Positions 29,878-39,988 of a stretch of DNA of 64,000 nt are shown piece after piece. Origin of the DNA: a bacterium (lineage in GTDB: Bacteria; Bacillota_I; Bacilli_A; RFN20; CAG-288); the NCBI GenBank assembly GCA_963643715.1, contig CAVILQ010000009.1, positions 4,520 to 68,519 on the forward strand, in the 5' to 3' direction. Position 1 is the first letter of the stretch, and the number at the start of each line of letters is the position of its first letter. The position numbers and the translations under genes were made by a program. The notes under the pieces are model-generated. The model did no database searches. It worked only from the letters and a program-made list of their open reading frames with translations, and had not been told where the DNA came from.

Positions 29878-31533
29878 ATGGCATATCAGGCATTTTACAA
29901 CAAATATCGTCCACAGACTTTCGATGAGGTCGTAGGACAGAAAGCCGTCGTCACTACATTGAAGAACGCAATTGCAGAAGATAAGATTGCACACGCCTAT
30001 CTTTTCTGTGGTCCAAGAGGAACCGGAAAAACGACTATGGCACGTCTATTTGCAAAGGCGTTGGACTGCAAAGAAGGGCTTGGCCATCAGTGCAACCACT
30101 GTGATTCCTGTGAAAAGATCACACATGGTCAGCATCCGGATGTCATAGAAATCGATGCTGCTAGCAATTCAACAGTCGATTCAGTCAGACAGCTCATCGA
30201 AAATGTCTCCTATCAGCCTCTTCTTTCCCGATACAAGGTCTATATCATCGACGAAGTTCATAATATGTCAGACTCCGCATTCAATGCCCTCTTGAAGACA
30301 ATCGAAGAGCCTCCGAGTTTTGTCATATTCATTCTTGCAACTACCGACCCTCAGAAAGTTCTTCCTACCATTCTTTCCCGTGTTCAGAGATTCGACTTTT
30401 CCAAAGTCCGTGATGACGATCTGATCAAGAACATGAAACGTGTCCTTGATAACGAGCATATCACCTATGAGGATGATGCTTTAAGGCTGATCTGTTCTCT
30501 TAGTGATGGTGGCGTCCGTGACTCACTGTCTCTTCTAGACAAGGTCGTCTCTTACTGCGGAGATGATATCAAAGCCAAAGATGTAAATGATCTATTAGGT
30601 CTCTTATCCTTAGACGAAGAAATCAATATCATCAACAATATCTCACAGAAGAAAGCTTCTGAAGTTCTTAACGCAGTCAAACAAAGATACCAGCAAGGAC
30701 TGGATATTAGAAGATTCCGTAATGATCTCATCAACATCTACAAAGACTTCCTGATCTACAATGTCACACAAGACAAAGGATTATTGGAACACCTAAAAGA
30801 GAATGAAGTGAAGAAAATACATCTCAATGTCGATGACTGTCGTCTCAATATCGAGATACTGATGCAGAACATCCGAGACAATCGTCTTAGCGATGATGTC
30901 TTCACACAGTTTGAGCTCGCTTTGATGACAATGATGGCACCGAAAAAGACAGTCAGTGCACCGATCATCTCCCCAACACAAACCGCTGTAAAGGAAGAGC
31001 CTAAGAACGAAATCAAATCAAAACCGATTGAAATTGTATCTGAGAATAAAGAAAAAGCATTCAAAGCCAGCGCAAATGATGTCGAGACAAGCACAGACAT
31101 CATTCAGTATGCAAAAGAAGACATCCTCTATCTTATGCACCATTTCGACAAAGAAAAGAAGGCATCCATTGTCCAGACTTGGAACAAACTGATGACTCTA
31201 TTCAATAGCGACAAAGCCTTTGAAGCAAAAGCCTTGTTCAGCTGCACTCCCAAGCTCTTCGGTGAGAACATACTGATTGTCACAAACAAATCCCCGATGG
31301 AAATCAGCAAGATAAATAAGAAGAACGTTCAAAACACACTGCTATCTATCACAGATGAATGTTTCGGAAAAGCGTTCAATGTCCTTCCTATCACTGAGAC
31401 TGAACTGAAAGAAGCCTATGATGACTATAAGAAAGACGTAAAGCCAAAAGACACTCTCAACATTGACTTCGGTGTCCAGAGAAATGTCAGTGCTTCTACC
31501 GATTTCTTCAACAACATAATAAGTGAAAAGTGA
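29878..31533 (+). CDS. dnaX: DNA polymerase III subunit gamma/tau
   Basis: GPRGTGKTT Walker A, a zinc-binding Cys cluster (CNHCDSC) and a sensor arginine region; 551 aa. Confidence 0.9.
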   Translation: MAYQAFYNKYRPQTFDEVVGQKAVVTTLKNAIAEDKIAHAYLFCGPRGTGKTTMARLFAKALDCKEGLGHQCNHCDSCEKITHGQHPDVIEIDAASNSTVDSVRQLIENVSYQPLLSRYKVYIIDEVHNMSDSAFNALLKTIEEPPSFVIFILATTDPQKVLPTILSRVQRFDFSKVRDDDLIKNMKRVLDNEHITYEDDALRLICSLSDGGVRDSLSLLDKVVSYCGDDIKAKDVNDLLGLLSLDEEINIINNISQKKASEVLNAVKQRYQQGLDIRRFRNDLINIYKDFLIYNVTQDKGLLEHLKENEVKKIHLNVDDCRLNIEILMQNIRDNRLSDDVFTQFELALMTMMAPKKTVSAPIISPTQTAVKEEPKNEIKSKPIEIVSENKEKAFKASANDVETSTDIIQYAKEDILYLMHHFDKEKKASIVQTWNKLMTLFNSDKAFEAKALFSCTPKLFGENILIVTNKSPMEISKINKKNVQNTLLSITDECFGKAFNVLPITETELKEAYDDYKKDVKPKDTLNIDFGVQRNVSASTDFFNNIISEK

Positions 31534-31543
31534 GGTACACATT

Positions 31544-31894
31544 ATGGATGATGAAAACATGAAAAAATCAAAAGACGCCGTTGACCTTTTGATGCTTCAG
31601 ACAAAAGCAAGAGAATTCCAAAATAAGACCAACGATCTCCAGCAGAAAGAATATCAGGGCAAATACCAAGGATTGTCCATGAAGATGAAAGGTGACCACA
31701 CCGTATTTGAAGTTCACATCGATCAAGGTTTCTATGAAACCTCTGGGAAAGGTCAGATGGAAAAAGCCATCTTCAGCCTATTGAATAACCTGAACACTGC
31801 CATCAAACAGGATCAGGATGAGCTCCAGAAGGAATTCCAAGGTGACATCGAAAGAATGCAGAAGGATGCCATGTTCAACAATGCAGGAAATTAA
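31544..31894 (+). CDS. YbaB/EbfC family nucleoid-associated protein
   Basis: About 116 aa and Gln/Lys-rich; position between dnaX and recR; pattern resembles YbaB. Confidence 0.7.
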   Translation: MDDENMKKSKDAVDLLMLQTKAREFQNKTNDLQQKEYQGKYQGLSMKMKGDHTVFEVHIDQGFYETSGKGQMEKAIFSLLNNLNTAIKQDQDELQKEFQGDIERMQKDAMFNNAGN

Positions 31895-32501
31895 GACAAT
31901 CACAGATTTAATCAGCGCGTATAAAAAGCTTCCTGGTATCGGATATAGAACAGCAGAGAGACTTTCCTATGCAACTCTTTCCCTTTCGAAAGAAGATATA
32001 GATAGCTTCATTCAGGCACTGAATGATGCCAATACCAAGGTGAAAAGATGCCCGTATTGTGGAACATTCTATGATGATGTCTGTCCAATCTGTTCAGATG
32101 ATACAAGAGATAAAAGAACCTTGCTTGTCATATCCGATAGCAAAGACATCCTCACCATTGAAAAGACAAATGGATTTCATGGCACCTATTTCACATTGCA
32201 AGGAACGCTCTCTCCTTTGAAGAATCGGACGCCGGATAAAATCGGAATCCCAGAACTGAAAAAGAGAGTCTTGGAAAATCAGGTCGAAGAGATTATCCTT
32301 GCGCTTCCTACCGATTTGGAAGGAGAAACGACGGCTTCCTATATTGCTAACCTCTATAAGGACAATAAAGACATCTGCATTTCAAAATTAGCGAATGGCA
32401 TACCCATTGGCACCAACTTGGAATATCTTGACAGTCTTACAATCACCTCTTCCTTAAAAGGAAGAATCTCAATCAAAGAAGGAGAAAAGAAAGATGAATA
32501 A
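31881..32501 (+). CDS. recR: recombination protein RecR
   Basis: LPGIGYRTAERL HhH motif and a CPYCG...CPIC zinc finger, followed by a Toprim region. Confidence 0.85.
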   Translation: MQEIKTITDLISAYKKLPGIGYRTAERLSYATLSLSKEDIDSFIQALNDANTKVKRCPYCGTFYDDVCPICSDDTRDKRTLLVISDSKDILTIEKTNGFHGTYFTLQGTLSPLKNRTPDKIGIPELKKRVLENQVEEIILALPTDLEGETTASYIANLYKDNKDICISKLANGIPIGTNLEYLDSLTITSSLKGRISIKEGEKKDE

Positions 32502-33126
32502 AGGTTTGTTTATATCATTTGAAGGATGTGATGGCTGTGGCAAAACGACTGCTTTGGAAAACGTTCTCAAGCGATTAAACGACCTTGGCATTCATCCTCT
32601 TGTCACAAGAGAACCAGGCGGAAGCAAGATTGCAGAACAGATTCGCAACATCATCTTGGATAAGAACAATACAGAAGAGGATCCTAGAACAGAAGCTCTT
32701 CTCTATGCGGCAAGCAGAAGACAGCATTTAGTCGAAGTTGTCTTGCCTGCTTTGAACGAAGGGAAAATCGTCATCTCTGACCGTTATATCGACTCTTCTT
32801 TAGCATATCAGGGATATGCTAGAGGAATCGGAATCGATGAGGTCATGTCCATCAATGCATTCGCTATCGATAATGTCTATCCGGATGTCACATTCTTCCT
32901 CGACCTTTCTCCTGAAGAAGGAATCAAGAGAATGAAGGATAGAAAAAGAGGAGCGGATAGACTCGATCAGGAAGCATTGGATTTCCACCAAAGAGTCTAT
33001 GAGGGATATCAAATCGTCAACAATATGTTTAAGGACCGCATCATCAAAATCGATGCTTCTCCAAAACCGGAAGTCATTGCTGACAATATCGTAAAAGAGA
33101 TACTAAAAAAGATAGAAGAAAACTGA
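32494..33126 (+). CDS. tmk: thymidylate kinase
   Basis: FEGCDGCGKTT P-loop and a DRY motif; 210 aa. Confidence 0.85.
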   Translation: MNKGLFISFEGCDGCGKTTALENVLKRLNDLGIHPLVTREPGGSKIAEQIRNIILDKNNTEEDPRTEALLYAASRRQHLVEVVLPALNEGKIVISDRYIDSSLAYQGYARGIGIDEVMSINAFAIDNVYPDVTFFLDLSPEEGIKRMKDRKRGADRLDQEALDFHQRVYEGYQIVNNMFKDRIIKIDASPKPEVIADNIVKEILKKIEEN

Positions 33127-33129
33127 TTC

Positions 33130-34140
33130 ATGGACAAAGACACCTTTTTACAATACGAGCCAAAAGCGGCGAAACTATTCATCAATTCGCGTAAGACAGG
33201 AAGATTATCCTCTGCCTATCTTCTTTATGGTGAAAGAAACGCACCGTTAAAGGAAACTGCCCTTTATTTAGCAAAGTCATTAGGCTGTGAAAAGGAATTA
33301 TTGGCCTGTGATGAATGTGACAGCTGCAAAAGATTCAATAAAGGCATCCACCCTGATTTTGTTCTGATCGACGGTGAAACGACAAGAATCAAAAAAGAAG
33401 ACATTCAAAATCTTCAGGATAAATTCTCAGAATCCGCTTTTGAGAAAGGTCACCGTCTTTGTTATGTAATACATAGAATTGAAAACATCACGGAAAAAGC
33501 AGCAAACACAATCCTAAAGTTTCTAGAAGAGCCAAGGGAAGGTCAAGTTGCGATTCTGACAAGTTACAACATCGATAAAGTTCTCAAGACCATCTTATCA
33601 AGAAGCGTGCTAGTTAGGATCGATCCTCTCGATATGGATAAGATGCAAAGGGATTTGATCAACAATCCTATCATCCTATCTGGAGAAAAGAAGAAAAAGG
33701 AAGAAGAAATTCATTTCAATGAGGGTGAAGCATACATACTATCCCGTTACTTTTCATCCTATGAAAGCGTCAAAAATACCCTGGCACAGGATTCCTCTTT
33801 CCTAGAAGGCTACCAGATAGCAGAGAGCTTCTTAAATGACCTGACTGTATCCACTTCTCAGGCTGGATACACTCTTTTACTGCAGACAAGCCTGAAAAAA
33901 GGAACATCGTGTTATAATTGGATGTATTTGATTCTACATGATGTTTTCGCTTCTGTTTTGCTTGATAACGTCAAGGATGACAATCCTTTCCGGGATATCA
34001 TCCTGAAACTCAGCAAAAACAAAGATAAAATTGCAAGAGCCGATGCTGTCGTCAAAGAAGCTCTTGCTTATCAACATATCAACTACAACCCTACTTTGCT
34101 TTCCGCAAGGCTGATTCGAGCCTTAGATGAGGAGAAATGA
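33130..34140 (+). CDS. holB: DNA polymerase III delta' subunit
   Basis: AAA+ clamp-loader fold with a Cys cluster (CDECDSCKRF); follows tmk as in Bacillus. Confidence 0.75.
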   Translation: MDKDTFLQYEPKAAKLFINSRKTGRLSSAYLLYGERNAPLKETALYLAKSLGCEKELLACDECDSCKRFNKGIHPDFVLIDGETTRIKKEDIQNLQDKFSESAFEKGHRLCYVIHRIENITEKAANTILKFLEEPREGQVAILTSYNIDKVLKTILSRSVLVRIDPLDMDKMQRDLINNPIILSGEKKKKEEEIHFNEGEAYILSRYFSSYESVKNTLAQDSSFLEGYQIAESFLNDLTVSTSQAGYTLLLQTSLKKGTSCYNWMYLILHDVFASVLLDNVKDDNPFRDIILKLSKNKDKIARADAVVKEALAYQHINYNPTLLSARLIRALDEEK

Positions 34141-35336
34141 TTATGATCACATTATTAGGTATCCCATTCGATTTCATGGGAATGACGTATTATAGAACTG
34201 ACAAGGACATCAGCGTTGGAAACAATGTTGTCGTCAAAACAAGTCATGGCACCTTCGTCGGTACTGTTGTCAAGACAAGAGTTGCAACGGAAGAAGAACT
34301 CAAGAAGAAAGACTTCAACACAGTCTTCCCTGCGATCGAGAGAATTGCAACTTTTTCTGATTGCTCTTTTAAAAGGAAAGCTGAAGGAAAAGAACTTCAG
34401 ATTTCTCAGGAAACACAGAAACAGGCCGATCAGTTGAATCTGGGAATGAAAGTCCTCAAGACCTATCTGGATGTCGATGATGACAAAGCATTGATCACCT
34501 TTGCATCGGAAACAAGAGTTGATTTCCGTGAGCTTGTCAAAATCCTCAATTCTGTTTTCCAACTCAAGATCGAATTAAGACAGATTGGTCCTCGTGACCA
34601 GGCTAGACTTGTCGGTGGCATTGGTCCATGTGGACTTCCTTTATGCTGCAAGACATTCCTTACATCATTTGATGGAATTTCCATCAATATGGCAAAGAAT
34701 CAGTTACTCCCTATCAACATTCCTAAACTTTCCGGACAATGCGGAAAACTGATGTGTTGCCTTAAGTTTGAAGATGAAGCATATAGCAAATTAAGACCAA
34801 CCTATCCGAAAATCGGTGAAAAGTTCAGCTATATGAACAAACAATATGAAGTCACTGGACTCAATCTACTAACGGATACTATCACAACCTACAATGGCGA
34901 TAATTATGAATCTTTCAGCAAGGAAGAGTATGAAAGAGTGAAGAAGGGCTTAGCAAAGAAAGATGAAAAGTCTTTGAATGCCAATAAAGATGTTAATGCC
35001 GGTGTCAATCTTAGTGGCTATGGTATTTCTGATACGAACAATCGTATCGCTCAGATCAAAGAAAAAGAAGAGAAACATAAAGAAGAACTCCACAACAAAG
35101 AAAACAAGAAGAATTTCAACAATAAGAACAAAGGCAAGAATAACTCTTCCTTTAACGGAAAGAACAACAACCATAAGACTTTCAACGGAAAGCAAGACCA
35201 TCATTACGGAAACAAGAACAACTTCAACAACAAAAATAAATCATCCTCTTCTTCTGGGTTCATTCCTGTCTCTGAGTTAGATGATTCCTCCTTCCTTGAT
35301 ATCACTCCAATCAAATCAAGCCATGATAAGAAATAA
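34137..35336 (+). CDS. PSP1-domain protein (YaaT/RicT-like) with long Asn/Lys-rich low-complexity tail
   Basis: Cys-rich PSP1 core (GPCGLPLCCKTF...CGKLMCCLKFE); the C-terminal ~120 aa are N/K/G-rich. Confidence 0.7.
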   Translation: MIMITLLGIPFDFMGMTYYRTDKDISVGNNVVVKTSHGTFVGTVVKTRVATEEELKKKDFNTVFPAIERIATFSDCSFKRKAEGKELQISQETQKQADQLNLGMKVLKTYLDVDDDKALITFASETRVDFRELVKILNSVFQLKIELRQIGPRDQARLVGGIGPCGLPLCCKTFLTSFDGISINMAKNQLLPINIPKLSGQCGKLMCCLKFEDEAYSKLRPTYPKIGEKFSYMNKQYEVTGLNLLTDTITTYNGDNYESFSKEEYERVKKGLAKKDEKSLNANKDVNAGVNLSGYGISDTNNRIAQIKEKEEKHKEELHNKENKKNFNNKNKGKNNSSFNGKNNNHKTFNGKQDHHYGNKNNFNNKNKSSSSSGFIPVSELDDSSFLDITPIKSSHDKK

Positions 35337-36183
35337 GCCTTACGAAAACGAAAACGTCGGCATCGTTGCTTTAGTGACGACACCGATTGGAAATCGTGAT
35401 GACATCACACTTCGTGCCCTCAAGTTTCTCAAGGATGCCGATATTATCGCATGTGAAGACACAAGAAACACATCTCTTCTTCTTTCCTATTACGGAATTA
35501 AGAATAAGAAGTATGTTTCCTTATACGCACAGACAGAGGCAAAAGAAGCTAGAAGTCTTGTAAACACAGTAAAAAAAGACAAATTGAAGTTAGCATACTG
35601 TTCTGATGCCGGTATGCCTGGTATCTCAGATCCCGGCTCCATTCTTGTACAGGCGTGTTTAGAAGAGAATGTTCCTGTTACCATCCTTCCAGGTCCAACC
35701 GCTTCTTTAAGTGCCTTGGTCTTATCTGGCATTGATAGTGCAGACTTCTCTTTCTATGGATTCCTTCCGACAAAAAGTGGTCAGATCAAAACAATGCTGA
35801 CTGAATTAAAAGCAAGAAAAGAAACATTGATTTTCTATGAATCTCCAAAGAGACTTGTAAAGACACTCTCCTATATGAAAGAAGTATTTTCTGGTCAAAG
35901 AGAAGTGTCCGTCATCCGAGAACTCACAAAAATACATGAGGAAGTCATTCACGGAACATTGGATGAACTGACTTCTTCTCCTATAGAAGAAAGAGGCGAA
36001 TGTGTTATTGTTGTTAAAGGCGCGACTGAGGATGAGACAAAATTAGATGATGAAGAATTAAAGAAAATCATCAAGAAATACAAAAAAGACGGATACTCCG
36101 TTTCCGATTTATCCAAGGAAATCGCTTCTAAGTATTCACTCAAGAAAAGTGATATTTATCAATTAGCACTGAAAGTAAAATAA
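35323..36183 (+). CDS. rsmI: 16S rRNA (cytidine1402-2'-O)-methyltransferase
   Basis: Tetrapyrrole-methylase fold motifs (TPIGNRDDITLRA; ACEDTR). Confidence 0.8.
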   Translation: MIRNKPYENENVGIVALVTTPIGNRDDITLRALKFLKDADIIACEDTRNTSLLLSYYGIKNKKYVSLYAQTEAKEARSLVNTVKKDKLKLAYCSDAGMPGISDPGSILVQACLEENVPVTILPGPTASLSALVLSGIDSADFSFYGFLPTKSGQIKTMLTELKARKETLIFYESPKRLVKTLSYMKEVFSGQREVSVIRELTKIHEEVIHGTLDELTSSPIEERGECVIVVKGATEDETKLDDEELKKIIKKYKKDGYSVSDLSKEIASKYSLKKSDIYQLALKVK

Positions 36184-36210
36184 CGATGGCATTACCATCG
36201 TTATTTTTTA
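36181..36210 (+). terminator. intrinsic terminator (aacgatgg-catta-ccatcgtt-TTTTTT)
   Basis: Perfect 8-bp stem plus a T-run that overlaps the rsmI stop. Confidence 0.7.
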
Positions 36211-36332
36211 GTTCTTTAGTGCTGTGATCAAAATTTATCTAGTCTTTTGCATCCGGCATATTTTTCATTAAGCGGTTTTAGCCGTCACAAGATAAAACTT
36301 TCTGTCAGTTCTATACCCTAACTATCGACTAG

Positions 36333-37184
36333 TTATTTCGTATTTTCTTCATCAACCTGCTGATAGTGCAAACGATATAATTTATCCATCGGAGCTACCT
36401 TATCGATAATGAGCTTTGCAATATTATCAAGCTGTTTTCCTTCTGAATAATCTGCTTCGCAAAGGAAATCGACACGTCTATCATTGAACAGTTTGCTAGC
36501 TGGTTTTTTCTTCTTCTTATCATAGACAGCAATTGCAATTCCGCCATTGCTTCTTACCGTCTTCATGCATGGGACATCCGTCTCTCCGTCAGCAATATAG
36601 ACCATGTTCTGGAACGGAACGGGTTTATCTTCATCTGGCATAGACGCATTTACTTTTGCATTCTCAGAAATATCAAGGACGCCTTTATTGATTCGATATA
36701 AGAACTGTGTCTTTGTCGTATAGTTAACTACACTCTTAGGCCAAACAGCAATTCCATTTTCGTAAAGGTATTCACAGGCATAGACTTCCTTAAAGTAGGA
36801 AAAAATAGAAGAGCCTTCTATGATTTCCTTATTGCCCGAAGAAATGACATAGTGTTGAACCTCAACCCCCTTTTCTTTTCCGTATTCATCTAATCGTTTA
36901 AACCATGTTTCGACACCAGGAAAATACTGAATGTCTTTTCCTAACTGAACGAATGCTTCTCTATTGATAGGAAGATTCTTTTTCTTTGATTCCTCAATCA
37001 TCAAATACATATAGGCGAGAAGTGGGTCCATGTGATTAACCTGAGTCAAATCATTTGCCTTAGACCAGAACTCTTTCGGTTTAATATCCAACGATGGAAT
37101 GAAAGAATAATTCTGCATATCCGTTGTGCAGAGCGTATGATCGTAATCATAAATGAAAGCTACTATCGTCTTTTTCTTGTTCAT
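36333..37184 (-). CDS. HAD-superfamily hydrolase
   Basis: The N-terminal FIYDYDHTL matches HAD motif I (DxDxT); 283 aa. Confidence 0.5.
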   Translation of the reverse strand: MNKKKTIVAFIYDYDHTLCTTDMQNYSFIPSLDIKPKEFWSKANDLTQVNHMDPLLAYMYLMIEESKKKNLPINREAFVQLGKDIQYFPGVETWFKRLDEYGKEKGVEVQHYVISSGNKEIIEGSSIFSYFKEVYACEYLYENGIAVWPKSVVNYTTKTQFLYRINKGVLDISENAKVNASMPDEDKPVPFQNMVYIADGETDVPCMKTVRSNGGIAIAVYDKKKKKPASKLFNDRRVDFLCEADYSEGKQLDNIAKLIIDKVAPMDKLYRLHYQQVDEENTK

Positions 37185-37894
37185 ATTTCCATATCCTTTA
37201 TATCATTATAAAGGAAAAAGAAACATTTTCAAAAAATATCATAATATTTCTATATAAAATGATGTGAATCAATTCCTAAATCCCATTGTGATGGCATCCT
37301 CACTTTTCAATAATTGTTTCTCTTTTCTACATTCCAAAATCACCATTCATCCTATTGAAACACATTTTTCGGTGTAATAAATGGCAGTAGTGCCGCTTTT
37401 TCCGTGGAAAAAGTGGCAAGTTGCATTGTTGTTCATTGCATTTTTCTGTAACATAGATCATAAGCATTTAATTCTCGGTCTTGAATTACATGTCGATCAT
37501 AAGATAGATCCGAATAACAATCTATTGGTTTTCGAAGAGATTCTAGATGTTGACCGGGTATTGACTTCCCTAAAACACTTCTGCGAAAATGCACAAGAAT
37601 ATCAAATAATCTATGCTGAATCACTTTTAGGAATAACACTCCATCACAGATTGCGAAAGAAAAATTTCGTATATGGTGTAGTGAGATAAGATGGGGGAAG
37701 CAAAAAGATGAAGTGACCATCATGCGGCTTTCTACTTTATGCGATTGAAAACATCAAAAAAGAGATAAAGAAAAGAGAATGAATTCTCTGTCTAACATCC
37801 CAATAGATATACAAGAACATCGCTTTATCAGTCATAAAAGAGTCTATAATAGAGTCTGCTTCAAAAAGCGTATTCTTATATTTCAGAGGTAACT

Positions 37895-38164
37895 ATGAGA
37901 ACCTGTCCAAATTGTAAAAAAGAAGTCCCAGATCATGATTGGTATTGTCCCTACTGTCATACAAAACTGCCTTCATTAAACAAAACGATAGTCGGACATG
38001 CTACATTTGGCGATTTAGATGCTTACAACGCAAAAGCTGTTGTCTCTATCGAAGATAAAAACATGATACGCGATAAAAATCATCAATCATCAGACGGAGA
38101 TGATGATTTCGATTGTGCTCAGCCTTATAACTTCACAACAAGAGAAAACGGAGATAGAAACTAA
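37895..38164 (+). CDS. small zinc-ribbon protein
   Basis: CPNC...CPYC at the N-terminus; 89 aa. Confidence 0.45.
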   Translation: MRTCPNCKKEVPDHDWYCPYCHTKLPSLNKTIVGHATFGDLDAYNAKAVVSIEDKNMIRDKNHQSSDGDDDFDCAQPYNFTTRENGDRN

Positions 38165-39972
38165 GACTGTATTTCTTTTGTTGTGTCGACTACTGAATAA
38201 TACTGAAAATGCTCCACATGATACTTTGACAGTTTATCTTCACTGTATGTATTGTCTGAATTATAGATAATATAAGTGTTTCCTTTTTCGAGTTTGGAAG
38301 GAAGAGAGAAGACATATCCAGAAAATGATTTCACATTTTCAAATGCAGAACCAGGATTTGTAAACACAACACTATCCACATAATCCCTTGTATTGTATTT
38401 CGTATAATACAGAACCAGAGTGTAATTAGCATGTGATGAAATATAAGTGGTTTCATGTTCAATGCTTTCTGAATAGAGTAATGCTTCTTTAAAGGAATAA
38501 AAGAAGTTCGGTTCAATCCTATTCTTATTCCAGTAGATAGAATAATAGGAAAAGAAAGAAACAAACGAAGCAATATAAAGTGTAGAGAGCGAAGACTTAA
38601 CTATAAGCTTTGCTTTTTCTTTTTTGTCAAATAAAGAAATGAATAATGATATACCGTCAATCGCAAGAAGAATCAACGGGAACCATATAATATTGATGCG
38701 ATTGATGTTACTACTTAGGATAAACATCATCATCAAAGAAACGATTAACCAGTCCTTCACTATAAAAGCATAGGTGTCTTTTGCAATGATTTTCCTATCA
38801 ATGCCAGCTAGCATTCTATCTTTATAGGAACGAGTGAACCCTTTAAACAATCCTAATATTGAAAAAGGAATTGTAAATAGATATAAGGTACCAAAGGCGG
38901 GTATGCTATTCCATGGCAGTCCATCATTCTGAGTAACTAGAAGCGTCAAACCATTTTTCAGATTCTTCATTCCGTCTGTTATGAAGTTTTTAGAAAAAAT
39001 AGAGGTAACGGAATGGAAACGATCAACTTTCAATTTCGGAATATCGAAGAAAAGAATATGCATTGTTTCTTTATCAAAGATATTGATATAGAGGAAAAGA
39101 ATAATCGGAATGCATAATACTCCAATGGTCAAAAGATAAAGAAGCAAATGATACCATTTAAAGACCTTCTTCAATAGAAGATAAGCTAAAAAGAAGATAA
39201 CAAAGAAGAACAAGAAGAAGTAGGAAGTTCCATAACTATAAGAAGATAATGCAAATAGAATCGCTGATAAATAGAAGAAAATATAGTTTCGTTTCTGAAC
39301 GGAAACCAAAAGAAGCAGGACAGCAAGAAAGACCATCTCTGGAAAAAGATTGCTTTCTAACGCCCATCTGCTCTTCATAATATGCCAAGGATTGATTGCT
39401 AAGAAAGCCAAAGATAATGTTGCCGTCTTTTCATTTATCATCGATTTGATCACAAAGTAGAATACGAACAAAGAGAGACAAGAAGATAATGCCATCGGTA
39501 ATCTCAATGCAATCTCAGTATTAGACATGATTTTCAGAAACGGAATGCATAAATACGAATAAGCAGCATTCTGACCACTTCCCCATGCAATCAAATGAAT
39601 AGGATATGACATTCCATTCCTATCGATTCCATAGGTCATAATACTAAAAGCGTCATAACCTGAACTAGCCTCATCCTGATTCAATCCACCAGGAAGAAGA
39701 TCAAGAAAAGAAACACGAGTCAGACAGCCTATCATAAAAAAGAGTGTAGCAACACAGAGAGGAATATTCTCATTGAATACAAATCTTGTTTTCTTTCTTC
39801 TGTGTTTGAAATAGGAAACAGCTAAAGGCACTGAGGAACACATAACCGATAACATAATCAGAATTCCGTTGATCATAGATAAAACCCCATCACTGAATAA
39901 TGATAGCATAATCCACCATATGAATATAAAAAGAAACCAGAATGTATTCGTCCTGGTTTCTCCGCTTTTCAT
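38161..39972 (-). CDS. GT-C-fold glycosyltransferase (PMT/ArnT-like, GT39/GT83 type) polytopic membrane protein
   Basis: About 12 TM helices with the first-loop LNQDEASSGYDAFS DE motif typical of the PMT/ArnT family. Start set at MKSGETR to avoid overlapping glpK; the start is uncertain. Confidence 0.55.
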   Translation of the reverse strand: MKSGETRTNTFWFLFIFIWWIMLSLFSDGVLSMINGILIMLSVMCSSVPLAVSYFKHRRKKTRFVFNENIPLCVATLFFMIGCLTRVSFLDLLPGGLNQDEASSGYDAFSIMTYGIDRNGMSYPIHLIAWGSGQNAAYSYLCIPFLKIMSNTEIALRLPMALSSCLSLFVFYFVIKSMINEKTATLSLAFLAINPWHIMKSRWALESNLFPEMVFLAVLLLLVSVQKRNYIFFYLSAILFALSSYSYGTSYFFLFFFVIFFLAYLLLKKVFKWYHLLLYLLTIGVLCIPIILFLYINIFDKETMHILFFDIPKLKVDRFHSVTSIFSKNFITDGMKNLKNGLTLLVTQNDGLPWNSIPAFGTLYLFTIPFSILGLFKGFTRSYKDRMLAGIDRKIIAKDTYAFIVKDWLIVSLMMMFILSSNINRINIIWFPLILLAIDGISLFISLFDKKEKAKLIVKSSLSTLYIASFVSFFSYYSIYWNKNRIEPNFFYSFKEALLYSESIEHETTYISSHANYTLVLYYTKYNTRDYVDSVVFTNPGSAFENVKSFSGYVFSLPSKLEKGNTYIIYNSDNTYSEDKLSKYHVEHFQYYSVVDTTKEIQS

Positions 39973-39988
39973 CAATTGATAAGATTGT

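Noticed and set aside
34978-35280. 100-aa plus-strand ORF (alternative frame) within the yaaT low-complexity tail
   Set aside because: Produced by the repetitive AAN/AAG-rich DNA of the tail. It is in a different frame from the conserved PSP1 protein.
37381-37689. 102-aa ORF in the 700-bp HAD/zinc-ribbon intergenic region
   Set aside because: No ribosome-binding site, an overlapping antisense ORF of similar size and no motif. It may be non-coding. The region contains only a weak inverted repeat (37392-37420).
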